Assembly (NCBI RefSeq): GCF_036321535.1
Contig: NC_087436.1
Coordinates: 51,028,001-51,092,000 of the forward strand
Origin: Camelus dromedarius
Lineage: Eukaryota
Reading direction: 5' to 3'
DNA length: 64,000 nt
A program made the translations under genes and the position numbers. The notes beneath the pieces are model-generated. The model did not search any database and was not told the DNA's origin. It saw nothing but the letters and a program-made list of their open reading frames with translations. This document shows, piece by piece, positions 1-13,553 of the stretch (the stretch's first letter is position 1; every line of letters begins with the position of its first letter).

Positions 1-753
1 GCTTTCTGGCCACTCTGGAAGAGAATCAGTGAGGGTTTCTGAAGCCCCATGGGGCTGTTCCTCTTGGCACCTTTCCACCTCTGTGAAGAGGAAGGTAGTT
101 TGATTAACTAAAAAAAAAATCTCATGAATAACTTTCGGGAAAGAGGGAAGTGAGCCTTCCCTGGCACTCCTTGCTGAGTCAAAAACAGGCAGGGACAAGC
201 TTGGCCTCGAGGAAGGTACTTGTGCTTTTCTGCCAGCCTCTCCCATTAGGAGTTTCATGATGAAATGAGAACTAAGGAAACTTTAAAGCGAAGCTTTATA
301 GGACAGTATAATGGATTATTAAATGTTTGACAAAAGGACAGCTTTTCTTTAAAAAGGGCAAGATGCAGGGTTAGTCTGCATATTTCCTTTCCCTACATTT
401 TTCTCCAAATATTATTATTTGCTGTAAAGTCCACATTGTGAATGAATACATTTTATCTAGATGATAAAGAGGAATCAACAGAATCAAAGTGAACATTAAT
501 CTTCAGTGGAGCCCAGTTTTAACTCTTATTGCCCTGAAAATAAGCCATCGTGCATAATAGAAAATTGAAGTTGAAACCAGGAAAATCCCAATACTCAGGG
601 AAGCATACTTATATAGTAAAAATATTAAAATATATCAGAGATCGAAAGTTTACCATGAAGAAGAAGGAAAAAGTGACAGATGGGCAGGGCTTTAGTTGTT
701 ACTATATTTTATTTTAGAAAGAGATCAGAAGCAAATATGATAAAATGGTAATA

Positions 754-1068
754 CAGTTAGCCCTCTGTATCCTCGGGTTCTGCATCCATGATTCAACCAA
801 CTGCAGATGGAAAATATATATATTTTTTAATTCCAGAAAATTCCAAAAAGTAAAACTTACTTTGCCATGCACTGGCAACTATTTATATAGCATTTACAAT
901 GCATTAGGTATTAAAAGTAATCTAGAGATGATCTAAAGTATACAGAAGAATGTGCATAGGTTATATGCAAATACTGCCCCATTTTTTTACAAGGGACCTG
1001 AGCATCTGTGAATTTTGGTATCTTGCAGGGTCCTAGAACCAATCCTCCAGGACACTGAGGGAAGACTG
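754..1068 (-). mobile_element. MER2/MER2B-like TcMar-Tigger non-autonomous DNA transposon
   Basis: Terminal inverted repeats cagttagccctctgtatcc ... ggacactgagggaagactg; TA at 752-753 and 1069-1070; the body resembles the MER2 consensus. Confidence 0.85.
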
Positions 1069-2309
1069 TACCTATTAAATCAGGTGGTGGTATGTGGTAT
1101 CCTTTACATCAATTTTTAAATGTTCTGTATGCTTGAAATATTTTATAATTAGAACAGTTTTTTTTAAAAAGAATGTGAAGACTTACATAGCAAGACTCTT
1201 GAAAGCTAAATGGTATTCTCTGACGTGAAACATGCAGAACACCAGATGGTCCAGTAGCCCTAATTCTAGAAATAATCTCCACGTGGTAAGAGTGTGTCTA
1301 AGCCTAGCCTATACTCAGCTTATCGGAAATAGGGTTTTAAGCATGGGACAAAAATTCAGTAGAAAAAGGAGGACCAGGGTAGACTCCTAGAGTTGGTTTT
1401 AAAATGATTTAATTTGTATCATATGTGGACAATCAGCGAGAGAGAAATCCAGGCAGGTTAAATGTTTATAAGCTCTGTAAAGCACGGCTAAGGGTCTGTA
1501 GCCCCCAAACCACAGCCAGCCCCAGCAGCTTTCGGGTTAGCCCCGCCCCTTTGCTGCTGCCTGTGGGTGACTGAGTGCTGGACAAACCACCAGCTTCTCA
1601 GGGCGTGGTGGGTCCTCACAGAGGCATGATGGGAAGAGGGGGCGAGGCTGGAGGAGAAAAGAGTAAGAGGCTGCAGGTGAGGAAAAGGCAGAGCCCATGA
1701 CATTTTACTGTTAAGCCTGAACCATGTACTTTAGCAAGTATGTAGCGTATGTAAAATTTCAGAAATATCATTTCCTTCCAGTAAATGTAAATGCTCTCCC
1801 ACTGACGTTCCTGTGGAAATGGAATTTGGGGAGAGTGTGGGACACTCTCCACTATACCTCCCTCTGCTGGAAGGGAGGAGGAGGGCAATTCCATAGCTTC
1901 TCCCGTGGCTCACACCCGCTCTGGAGGTTTACAGCCTTGACTGAATCCACCCGCACTTTCACTTTCTCTTCTGTAGCAGTTTACAGCGGAGAGCCAACAG
2001 AACTCCTATGTTAACTGTTAGGTATGCAGTTATCATAGAATATTGAATGTTTGGGATCTGTGTTTTCTTTCTTCTGCTTTCTACCTTTCTCCTTAATATC
2101 CAGGGATGCTAACTCAGAGATTCTAGAAGAAATTATAGAGTCACCACAACCATCATCTTGAAAATAAGTATCTAATAATCAGGAAAAATACATACGTTTA
2201 CAAAATAATATACTCAGACAAGTCTATATAACCTACGTACTACAGTTTTACATAGTAGAAACGTACGCAAAGGAGAAAGGTAAAGGTTGATTCGACACTG
2301 CACCTAGAT

Positions 2310-2527
2310 CAGTGGTTCTAAGACAGGGTGATTTTGCTCCCCTACCCCCAGGGCATTTGGCAATATCTCGACACATTTTTTGGTTGTCACAACTGTAGGA
2401 AGCTACTGGTACCTAGTGGGTAGAAGTCAGGAATGCTGCTGAATACCCTACCATGAACTGGAAAACCCTCCAAAACATAAAGTTTTCCCGCCCAAAATAC
2501 CAGCAGTGATGAGTCTGAGAAACCCTG
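2310..2527 (+). mobile_element. MER20 (hAT-Charlie)
   Basis: cagtggttct...gggtgattttgc...catttggcaat...ggttgtcacaactg...gctactgg...tgagaaaccctg matches the MER20 layout. Confidence 0.85.
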
Positions 2528-3789
2528 ATGCAGCTGCATCTGTCCCACTGCCTCTCTCCCAGCCTCACAGGGAGCGCGTGCTTAGCTAACTGTGCAGAAG
2601 ACAGCACAATTGTGAAGATCCTCCTGATAAACACACACACGGAGAGTAAGTCCTTCCTCCGCCTAAATTTTACAGGCAAAAAGGATTTAAATTCCCTTCA
2701 CAAACTGAAAGGTCACCCTCAGCTATCCTTCATGAAAAAGACTATTAAAGGTGATACTGGGAAAGTGCTCTGGAAAAAAGTATCTCATGACTGTTTCTTT
2801 CCCTCCTCCCCATCCTTCTGATTAAGAGCTTCTAAGATAAATACAATTACTTCCTTTAACTATTACAAAGAGCAGAGTCATTTAAACTCTCAGTGAATGA
2901 GGACAGGCAAAGAGACCCATGACAGTTTGTAATAGACTCTCTAAACTGTTCTTTGTTTTCTTACAACTGGATTAAATGCTTAATAAATGTATGTTGAATT
3001 AGTGAATAAAAAATAATTGGGTGAAACAATAAAGCTGTGGCTCAAGTTTAATAATGACTGATCTTACACATTTATATTTTGCCTTCTTTTATTATTAGTT
3101 GTTTATATATCTATTCCTCCCACTGAGTATTAAACTCCTTGAAACGGAAACCATGATTTGACAAGAATATCTAATGTCCATTAGATTGTTTTACTTCTAG
3201 ACTATTTTGGAAATGTGAGGCAGAAACACTACATGAGAAGGATGTATGAAGGCTGAGCATAAATAGTTACATAAAGTTTTTGTTTAGGGAATAAATTTAC
3301 AACAACATTAATGTCATGTATTTTTTAGTATCAAGAATTGTTACTTAGCCACAAAAGACTGGAGCCATAGACATAAACAGTTCATGAAAACACCGTAATG
3401 CATACTTTTTGTATAGACAGTCCAGAAAAAACTCCCATTTTTTCTCTTAATGTTAACTCTTCAGTAATTACAATTGGTGTCCATACTGATAACATGTCTT
3501 TCAATAATCCTTATCACAAGTGCACATATAAACAAATACACTATTGATATACAGGACACACAGACAGATGTGCTAAAAAGATAGATGCTGGATCTGACTC
3601 CCTAATACCTGGTACCCTTTGCCCTTGACCCTCTCTCTCCCTTGTTTTCCAGAGTGATAATTTTCTGCATCTTTATCACCATTGTTCTCCCATGTCCCGG
3701 CCCCTCGGTCCCTGCCCCCAGCACCCGGAGGGCACACACTCCATATGAGTTCAATGAGCAGGAGTCTGCTGTTAACTGGTTAACGAGCC

Positions 3790-3935
3790 ACCAGTCCCAT
3801 GAGGAAGAACCTCTAAGAGCCTCAGTTTTCTCACAGGCATTATTACACTTTTTACCTCCAGGGCTGTTATGAGGGTTAGAAAGGATGATCACTTGGCAAA
3901 TCTTTAGTAAGTGCTAATTCTCTTGTTTATCATTG
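3790..3935 (+). mobile_element. MIR SINE remnant
   Basis: MIR core gagcctcagttttctca...acctccagggctgttatgagggtta. Confidence 0.6.
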
Positions 3936-4332
3936 CCCCTCTTTCCTCATCCAGATTCTAAAGGACTTGAGACCATAAGACTGTGGCTAAAATATCATAT
4001 ATACTCTGCCTAACACCTTGAATAGGAAAGACATTTTCCATTCCACACGACAGCTACGACAGGAGACTTACGATGCAAAAAAGACTGGTAAGACGATACA
4101 CAATATTACCCAAGAGGTAAGTAATCACAGTACTTTGATTTTTTTGTTTGTTTTGAAACAGGGATGAGAAATTAGAATAGCCTGGGTCTAGAAGTGGGGT
4201 ACAAGGAGAGAAGGGAAGCAAAATGCAAAGCTGGCAAATCAAAGGCAAATTTCCCCGACAACACAACTTTACTGAGGGTCTGTCTCATTGCCCTTCACCT
4301 ATTCACAGCAAATCAACAAAAAGACTGAGGCC

Positions 4333-4576
4333 TTAAACAAGAGCCTACTAGATAGCACAGGGAAATAAATTCAATATCCTGTAAGAAACTTACATAATGG
4401 AAAAGAATATGAAAAAGAAGATATATGTGTATAACTGAATCACTCTGCTGTACACCTGAAACTAACACATTGTAAATCAACTATACTTCAATTAAAAACT
4501 TTATTTAAAAAAAGAGAGAAAAAAAGAAAAGAAAAAAAAAAAAAACATGCCCAACTTCCCTCACCCCGCCAAGAAA
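4333..4576 (+). mobile_element. 5'-truncated artiodactyl-type L1 3' end with poly(A) and a 15-bp TSD
   Basis: tagcacaggga...ataactgaatcactctgctgtacacctgaaactaacac...aatcaactatacttcaat followed by an A tail; aaaaagactgaggcc at 4318-4332 and 4577-4591. Confidence 0.9.
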
Positions 4577-4959
4577 AAAAAGACTGAGGCCAAAAGAATG
4601 TCATATCCTAAGAGACACACACAGCTTAGTGGGAGTTGAAAACCTTTTGCCAAAAGCTTTGAATTACTGAACAAATGAAAATGTTTATAAATGATGAAAC
4701 TGTAATTATTGACTGGCTTATCTTAAAACTATTACCAATCAGTCTATAAAACATGACACCATATTATGAAAATAAAAACCTCCAATTACCTTAGAAAAAG
4801 ATATTCTCGATTAAATAAACAGAGAAAGAACTTGAAGATGTAGACGAGGCTTGGTCAAGCACACCACAGCGTGTCCTGAAGGAGGGCATCCCCAGGACCA
4901 CCATGTGTGGACGCACAGTTGCTCAGGTGGAAGCCCTATGGTACACCCAGGCGCTCTGT

Positions 4960-5140
4960 GGAACCCCTGTATACATTTTCTCATTCAATCTCTGGGAAAC
5001 TCTATGAAGTACAGACGGTCACCGTGTCTGCATTTTGCACATTCAGGTACTGAGGTTTAGAAGTGCTGCATAACCTACTCACAGGCACACAACTAGTAAC
5101 AGAGCTGGATCTGAACTCATGATCTTAAGTACTATGCTAT
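4960..5140 (-). mobile_element. MIR SINE remnant
   Basis: cattttgcacattcaggtactgaggtttaga...cacacaactagtaacagagctggatctgaactc resembles MIR in reverse orientation. Confidence 0.6.
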
Positions 5141-5453
5141 GTAATCCATACACTCAGTCGTCTGAGTGTTTTTCACTAGATCTCCAAAGAGCTGAAATCA
5201 AGCACTCTCTCAAAGAATTATTAAAGTTTTAGGAAGCATACAATTAAAAACACCTTTCAGATAATCAAGAAACAAGAAAAGTTTGTCAGTTAATATTGAG
5301 ATAATTTCTACTAAATGGAAATATTTACAGATTTTTTTTAAATCTGTCACTTTATTGCTAAGAGACACATTTATATTAAAATATAATAATCATGTGAACA
5401 TAGGAGCAGAGGCAAATTGTAGTCACGGGAAGCATTCCTTCCTTTTGCTCCTA

Positions 5454-5630
<177 letters not shown>

Positions 5631-8600
5631 TCAGAAATACTTACTACACATTACCGGGACAAAATGATACACAAATTTTAAATTTTTGTGTATATCAGAG
5701 GAGAGAGGAAAAACATAAACTGTGAAAGAGGACTGTAAATGAGAACCACTTTTCCCATCATCTTATTATGAACATTGATGTTAACTGATGTTTGTGCACT
5801 CGGCTGTGGCTCAAAAGCCAGGTCCCTAGCCCTGCGGAACCTCTCCTGCTATGCTAGATGGAGAGTAACTGCTGCAGAGCTGTAAGCCTTGGACTCTACA
5901 TGTTACAGCTTGTCTGCATCAGAGCTTCCTTGTCTCAAATTGCTGCCAAGCTCTGAAATTGGCCATATGACTCAAAGTTAAGCTTCTTTGACTCTTACTT
6001 AAAGGAATTACTTTATCTACTCTGATTACAGTTGGTTCAGGAGAGAATACAGAAATGTCTTGTTAAATATATCACATCAGTGTTGTAGACTACACCCCAT
6101 GCTAGATCCCGCATCTGTCAGCTCCTCTCAACAGCTCAGAAGATAAAATTTTTGCTTTAAGATTATCAATATTGTCAAACTCAAGCTGGATATACACACT
6201 GACCTGAATGAATCCAAAACCAGAGTCCCTTTAAATATTATTAACTCAAGAGTTTTACAGATGTAGCAAATCAGTTTAGAGTTAACTAGAAGTCTTTACC
6301 GTGTGGGCTATTAAACACCTAAGTCCCACGGTTTTTAATCTATACAAATAAGAAGATTGGACAAGACCATCTTCAGAGTCTATTCCACTTCTGACATCTT
6401 ATAATTTACAAAGCTAACAATTATAAATGTGCATATTTATATATAAGGAATAAAACAAGAACAGTTATGAGAATGGATCCCATCATCATATTAAGGGAGC
6501 TTTCAATGTTCTTCCTGAAAGACTCCATCAATTGGTGGTAGTGTTAATAGTTTATAACTGTACGGTCACTTGATCAGATGGTTTTCCTTTTTCTCAAATT
6601 CACCTTTTAGTGAAAAGAATATGTTAATATATTTTAAAGAACATCATCATTTTTCATTTATTTTTATTGTGAAGCTGACTTCACATAAACAGCGTTAGAT
6701 CCCGAGGCCACCAGAAGCGCCACACACGTACTGCTTGCTGGTGGGGGCTTTCTGCCGTGCACATTGGACAGAGCCTGGCAAACACAAAGATTTTGACAGC
6801 TCTGAGCTCATGGAACAATGTAACATTTTTGCCTTCTTTAGATTGCACTGCATTTCACTATGCCTCACAGGGTCTTAAAAGCAAGCTGAGTGGTCCAGGG
6901 GCCCTGAACTAACTAAATCTCTGGAAAGCATCTGGAATTGCTTCTAAATTCTCTGAGAATTTTCTGATTTCCAAAGAAGATCAGTCTAAAGCATATTTCA
7001 TGGGATGAGTAAGGCCTGAAGTAAATTCCCCAGTAGGGGAAATGCCTCAAGTAACACATGGGTCTGGGGAGTATGATCAATTATCAAAGTGGAACCGAAA
7101 ACAACTCTTGCCTCTGGCTCCTCAGGAGGTCCCAGACCTAAACACCTGGGAGGTAAAATGAGTTATTTAGAGGCAATTCTCCTCTCTTCTGCTTCTCACA
7201 AAATTTAAACTAAAAAATAAGTTACAAATTCAGCCCTATACCTTTTGTAGGCAAAAGCTGTTGGCTTATTTTTAATAATTCAGTGAAATTTCTAAAAGTA
7301 TGAAAAAGCAACTGCATATGCAACAGTTAGCCTGTAGAATCTAACCATAAAGGTAGAGATTTACTTGACTGCTAATCAATTTAAAATACAACTGCAGTTT
7401 TTAAACAGCATTAGGTAATTGGCACTTAATATCCAATAGGACTAGACACGCTGAAGGTTACGAGTCTATGCTGTGACTCATCTCTGTCAGAGCTGGGGAA
7501 ACTGTGGCAGAGACCCGAAAGAAAAAAAGAACATTTTTCTAGATTTTATTTTAAAACCTTAATAAAGTAATTCATTATTTTTAATCACAAAATTTCTTTA
7601 GGACAGTTGGAGAAATACATACTACACATATACTTTTATATTTTAATAGGAGTGGCGTCAAATAGAGCATGAATAAAGGGACATGTCCCAATAGCTTGCT
7701 TATAGTCTGAAAAACAACAGATAACATCCATGATTGGATGTAAGTACCTAAACTTCTATGTAAAGGAATTTGTAACTTAAGGATAGAAATTTATTACTGC
7801 TTTTTTTTTTTTTAGGAAGATAGGATGTCTTCAAATGCATAGTCAATGCATTTCTGATTCTAAATATTTGAGATTAAAGGTTTGCCAATCCACAGCCATT
7901 CATCTCAGTAACTCCATTTGCTTAAAATGAGTCATCAACCTCAAAGGCAAGGCTACATCCATCCGGTCAGAAAGTCTGACTTACATACCACCTTCTTACT
8001 TTCACTGGAGTCAGACATCAAAATAATATCAGTTTGGTAAGAAAACACATTGTTTTACTCAGATGTGCTTTTATGTATGCACATGGAGTGAACTGAATTT
8101 TGAATTTTGGATATAACACAACCCATCCTTCAAGTAAATCATAAATGTCAATTTTTCCTTATGACTACTGGACCCATGATAAGAAACTCCACTTAAGAAG
8201 TCTTATTGCAGTGCTAGGCTTATAAAAATGGGTATTTGAAAAACAACATGTTTTGTCTAGTATGCAGACAAATAAATTTTAGTTGATTTCTCAGTTTCAC
8301 AGATCACCCAGATCTTACAAGATAGAAAACTTCCCAGGAGGCCAGACCACTGCATAGAATGTTAGGAGATAAACTTCCACTGGCAGGGTCTTTGAGAGAA
8401 TAGATGGCCATCTGTGAGAAGTCACTGCTGTGGAATTGGACGCGGAGGTAAAACAAAGTCATGTCGGCAGCCTGTGGAGTCAGGGTGTGCCACCTGCAGG
8501 CGATAGAGCAACGACCCGAAGTGTCATGTGGCATTCCTGTCCCCACACCAGGAACTTTCATCTAAGTTCAACTGCATAAGGACTGTCTATCTGGTCACAG

Positions 8601-9635
8601 TTAAGATAGATACTTTATATTTTGACCAAAATCCAAATACATATATATTGCCATGACTATAGTAACCACAACAGATACTTTAAATTCTTGACCTAGTCAG
8701 CATTTGTTAAGTGTTACACAATGCAAAAGTGTTATACTCTACGTACCCGAGCTACCGAAAACATTTAGGAAAGGTACTGGGTGATATAACCGCAAGAGAG
8801 CAGGCACACACATCCTCAGTCTCACACAGATGTGGTAATAAGCACATCCATTTAGAGGTTTACTGACTTTGTCCTCATTCTGCAGAGGACTACACCATTA
8901 CTTCCACCCCTTAACGACTGAAATCTCCTATAGGCAGATATTAAAGATTCTCTCCTCTCCTCTTTCATAGCACTGGTCCCATCCAATTTCCGATAAATAT
9001 TTACCCAAGGGGGCATGGTGAGGAGGCCCCTTCAATTCCCAGGTATCTTCTACAGAATCTAGTAGTAAGAGGAAGAGCCTGACAAAATAAAATGCCCCTC
9101 TTCTGACACCAAAGAGGCTGAGTATAAAACTAACCCTGGAGGGAAGAGGACTCAACTGTCCATCCCAATACTTTATCTACACCCCACTGATACTTTTAGT
9201 GTCTTAGGTTACACGTTCCAAAGACAGAAAAGGCTGGAGCTCCCAAGGAGGGAAGAAGGCTGAGAAGCACTGTGTGTGCGCAGAGACGGTTGGTGGATGA
9301 AACTCGGTGTGTGTGAGCTGCATGCACAGGTGTTTCCTTATAGATGAAAATGAATGGGGATAACGCCTCTCCTCGGAGTGGCTGGTAAGCAAAGTTGGTG
9401 GGGACAGTGGGATATGAAGGATCTACGATTAACTAAGCATGACAGGAGGCTCAGGACAGTCTGAAGAATGACTAAGAGAAATGTAAAGTGGATAAATACT
9501 TTGGCAGGTTGTTGATCTTCTAGATAAGGTACTTCCTTCATAAAATTCATTAATATTTTACTCAGTGCTCAAGATATTAATGTTAGACTTATGGATCCCA
9601 TATATAAAGAGAAAGTCCCACCCCTTTAATCTTAC

Positions 9636-9676
9636 CTGTTTAGGTTGCTCTAATATTTGAAGGTATGGGCCATCTG
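9636..9676 (-). CDS. NFKB1: NFKB1 exon 4; encodes (A)DGPYLQILEQPKQ, start of the Rel homology domain
   Basis: Acceptor ttgtttttag|CAG|ATG (tandem NAGNAG); donor CAG|GTAAGA; 41 nt. The peptide is visible inside ORF-track entry 9558..9791. Confidence 0.97.
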
Positions 9677-10004
9677 CTAAAAACAAAACAACAAACAGAA
9701 ACCAAAAGAAACTGTGAGGCTTCTCAAATTTGGTAAAAAAATATAAAGCAAATGATAAAATTGAAATTATGTGTTTAAATAGAGGCTTCAAATCAATGTT
9801 TTAGCTGAAATTCCAAAAGGATATATCTTCTTTGTTTTAATATTAAATTTACCTTTATTTGAATAACAGTTTTACACCGTTAGAGAACCACACGATATAA
9901 ACGTCTGTTGACTGGTGATGGCACACTACACAACCCAACAAAAGGCATGATGTCCAGCAAGAATTAAGACGTCAATAACCTTCACAACCATGTCTACTAA
10001 CAAA

Positions 10005-10156
10005 GTTTTATTTTTTAAAAATTGATTTATTTTGTTTTTGGGGTTTTTTTGGGGGGGGGGGGTAATTAGGTTTTCTTTTTTAATGGAGGTATTGGGAATT
10101 GAACCTGGACCTTGTACATGCTAAGCATGCACTCAACCACTGAACTATACTCTCCC
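10005..10156 (-). mobile_element. Camelid tRNA-derived SINE (Vic-1-like)
   Basis: Reverse complement: gggagagtatagttcagtggttgagtgcatgcttagcatgtacaaggtccaggttcaattcccaatacctcc...aacctaattaccccc plus an A-rich tail; A and B boxes visible. Confidence 0.85.
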
Positions 10157-13100
10157 TACAACAAGGTGTTTTTAAAATGACACTAATACCAACTAAAAGC
10201 AGCAACCATGTCCGGGGCACTAGGAAATTTTCTTTTGCCTTCACGTCATTAGAATCTGACTTCCATTCACCAGAAAGAATGTGCTTAATGTGAAGTGATA
10301 AGAGCCTGAGCTAGCACCTACCTGTCGGAAACACAGATCATGATCTCAGGCTCTCCTGAGTTTTCAGTTCCTTTCCTTTACTTGAATCCAGAAATACTGC
10401 CCTCATTCCCTAACTGGCTAGCTTGTTCCTCCTCCCTCCCAAATTTAATTTGGTCTATCAGACATGGTAGATTCTTTTTATTAACCCATAGCTTTTGATG
10501 TTTGATGATATTTGAATACTGTGCTCTCATATAAATTGTTCTAAAACAAGAATTTTATAAAATCCTGGAAATAATTTAGATAGGTGCATACCAATTAATT
10601 ATCATAAAACAAAGTATACTAGAAGCTTAATCCATACCCTGACTATACCTGACTTTGGAAATTCAAAGGAAAATCAGAACCTCTGACAGTATAAATACAA
10701 ATTTGCTCAATATGAGAAAGTCCCTAAGCTTCCCAGCTGGTTTTTATGTCAACAGTATAATAACTAGTAGCTGTTCAATACCTAAAAGGCTCATGGGGTT
10801 TCTCACTTGTTTGAATGTAAATTAAAAAGTTCAGTGCTTAAAACATTTTAGGAGAATGCTTCTGTCCATTTCAATCTTCACTGTCTCTGGGCCAGAAGTT
10901 CAAGACCTATTGTTTTAGATAAATAAATTTACAAAGAAGAGCCAAACCTTCAAGTTGATATTAAAAATAAGCTATAACTTAAGAGAGAATTTATTTTTAT
11001 CTTTTTACTATTATGATGAATCAGGATGAGGCTACAGAACTGTAGGAAACAGAGGTATAATTATTTCCTGTTATTATTCAAGAAATTTACAAGGAAGTCA
11101 GTTTAAAAATGAGTGAATATGGTGAGAAATGTAACATAAGAAAGGAAAAAAGGATAGTGACAGGACAATGCAGTATAATTTAGGTAAAGTATCTTCTCTT
11201 GTCTACATGAAATTAATCCCTGGATATTTTAAACTACTGTTAGAAAAGAAACTGCTAAAACTAAAAAATTCAAAAAAATGTCTAGAATTTAATTACTGAT
11301 AAGGAGATAAAACGGATTAGAAAGAGAAATATTTTCACACTGCTAAACACAGTCTGTATGACAATGTAACAAATCTACTCATTAACATTCCCTCTAGAAA
11401 GCTAGACGAACATATGAATAAGAGGTCTCTAAGAAAGCAACATTTGGATGTCATGGAAAATATGGCGGAGTTGAAGCACATACACATCAAACTTCAAGTC
11501 TCTTATTTCTTATTAACTCTTCTAAAAATGGAGTTAATATTTAAGGGAGGTAATATAATTTGCTTATTTTGGGTATGATTTAATCTCCTTTAAATATATG
11601 AAATTTTAAGGTTTGGGAATTTTATTAGTGAAATGGGCCCATTTTTCTCTTTCAGGGAACACATTCAAAAGTTAAATCAACTAGAAAATTAGATTTGATG
11701 TGCATATATTTGTTTTAATGCCAATTTTCTTTTGGCCACATTTCGGTACCGTGAACTGACATCCTACTGTGCAGAGAATTTTAAATTACAGCATAATGTT
11801 ATACACCTAACGGTTGTACCATATCTCATAGAGTTTCTGGCAAGTAGCAGAACTACTAATGGTTTCAGATTTCAAGAAATATGGAAGATAAAATGGTCCA
11901 CATGAAAATTACAAGTTGATAATGGTTTACATAACCTCTCTATCCCTTTAAAATGTGAATATATACATACATCTTAGATTATAAAAACTGAACTATGCCA
12001 TTGCAATACAGAGGGAAAATACATGACAAAACAATGAGGCAATAACTGGAAAATATGATTTTGAGGTATAATTGTAAGAGATTTTTCTAATGTCATGGCT
12101 AAATAATTCCTACAACATGAAGCTCTGACTACAGAATACTTACTCAGATGGTTCTTTGATAATCTTATTTTTAGCTCCACAAACTCAATGAAAAAAAAAG
12201 ATTAAGAAAGCATTTGTATTAAGATACTGTTAGGCATCCACAAGGCATTAAATGGAAATATGTATGTTTTCTTTTATGTTTTCAATAAAGCATTAATACC
12301 AAGAAAAACACTTTGATCCCCAGAATAAGAAGGTCACAGGAAGCAATGAAGCTACCAAGACATTTGCTTGTTCACAGGAAGCTGACCCAGAGCTTATGCT
12401 GGACAGCACGCAGGAGAGCTCAGACACAGGAGCCTACAAAATGTCTTGTGGGGCAAGGAGAGAAAGGCCTCGGCAGTACACTCCTGCTAGTGAAGGCGAA
12501 GGTATAGCAGATTTATTTTTTCCCCTCTCATGAACTTTTAGAAAGAACAGAGATAAAAATGTAGAAAAACATCTAGTCTAAAAAATGAAAAGTTAAGTAC
12601 TGGAGTAACAATAATAATTTTAAATGAGAATGATGCAAATTGGATAGAGTATCCCCATGAAGACAAGCAAGTCCATGGTAAGTAAGACAAGCAGGTGCAG
12701 AACACCTGACGTCCACTTCAGTGCTTACCAAACTCTGTTTTACATACAACTTCCATGATTTACTCACACAGCTTTTGAACATCTGTTAAGTCCCCCTGGT
12801 GATGTGAGGAGAACATAAAAAGAGCTATCGCTATACACTTACATACAAATCAAGGAATAAAAACAGAGACTGAGTTGATTTTTTTAATCATCTGTATGAG
12901 ATTAAAACATTTGCAGATGGGGATAATTAATACAGTCATGTTAGCAGAAAGGATGATTATCATAAGTTTTATCCAATTGGTCAGAATGTGAAGTGAAAAG
13001 CTTCTTAAAAAGATGACTTTTCTACTGAGATGACATTTGTGATTTTTGTACACTTTGTGTTCCCAGTGCCTGGTATACTGGCTGGAAAACAATAGGGACT

Positions 13101-13477
13101 CAAGTAAGTGTTTCTGGAATAGATCTGAGGAGTTGAGACTGCCTCATGTGAGCCTGGGACAAAGAAAACAGGAGTTATGAGGGACTTAGAGATAACAAGA
13201 TGGGGCAAAAGGAAAAATCTCATACTGAGTAAAGAAATTCTGAGCTGTGCTAGCAGATATCAGCAACAATCGTCAGTCATACAATGGGTAACGAGGGTCA
13301 AACATGTTTGTGCAAATACAGTCCAAAAAATATACGGAAAGATTAGTTTTTAAAACATAAATCACCATTTTCTTTCTAGGTACATCACTGACCTTCTAAA
13401 AGAGCCTACAGAAAATCCTGAATTTTAAAAAAGCAAAAGCAAAATGACAGGGCAACAGGAATGATGACTTTTCTTAC

Positions 13478-13553
13478 CTGTTGGCAGTGGCATCTCTGGT
13501 TGAAATAATTCTGGATTAAATATTGTATGATTCATAGGATCCAAATGAAACAT
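13478..13553 (-). CDS. NFKB1: NFKB1 exon 3; encodes [25 protein letters not shown] plus 1 nt
   Basis: Acceptor ttttcttttttttgtag|ATG; donor CAG|GTAAGA; 76 nt, in frame with exon 2. One codon shorter than the human exon as I recall it (DPMNH vs DPSLTH). Confidence 0.97.

Noticed and set aside
9558..9791. 77-aa ORF containing ADGPYLQILEQPKQ
   Set aside because: Only 9636-9676 is exonic; the rest is intron read-through, including the polypyrimidine tract.
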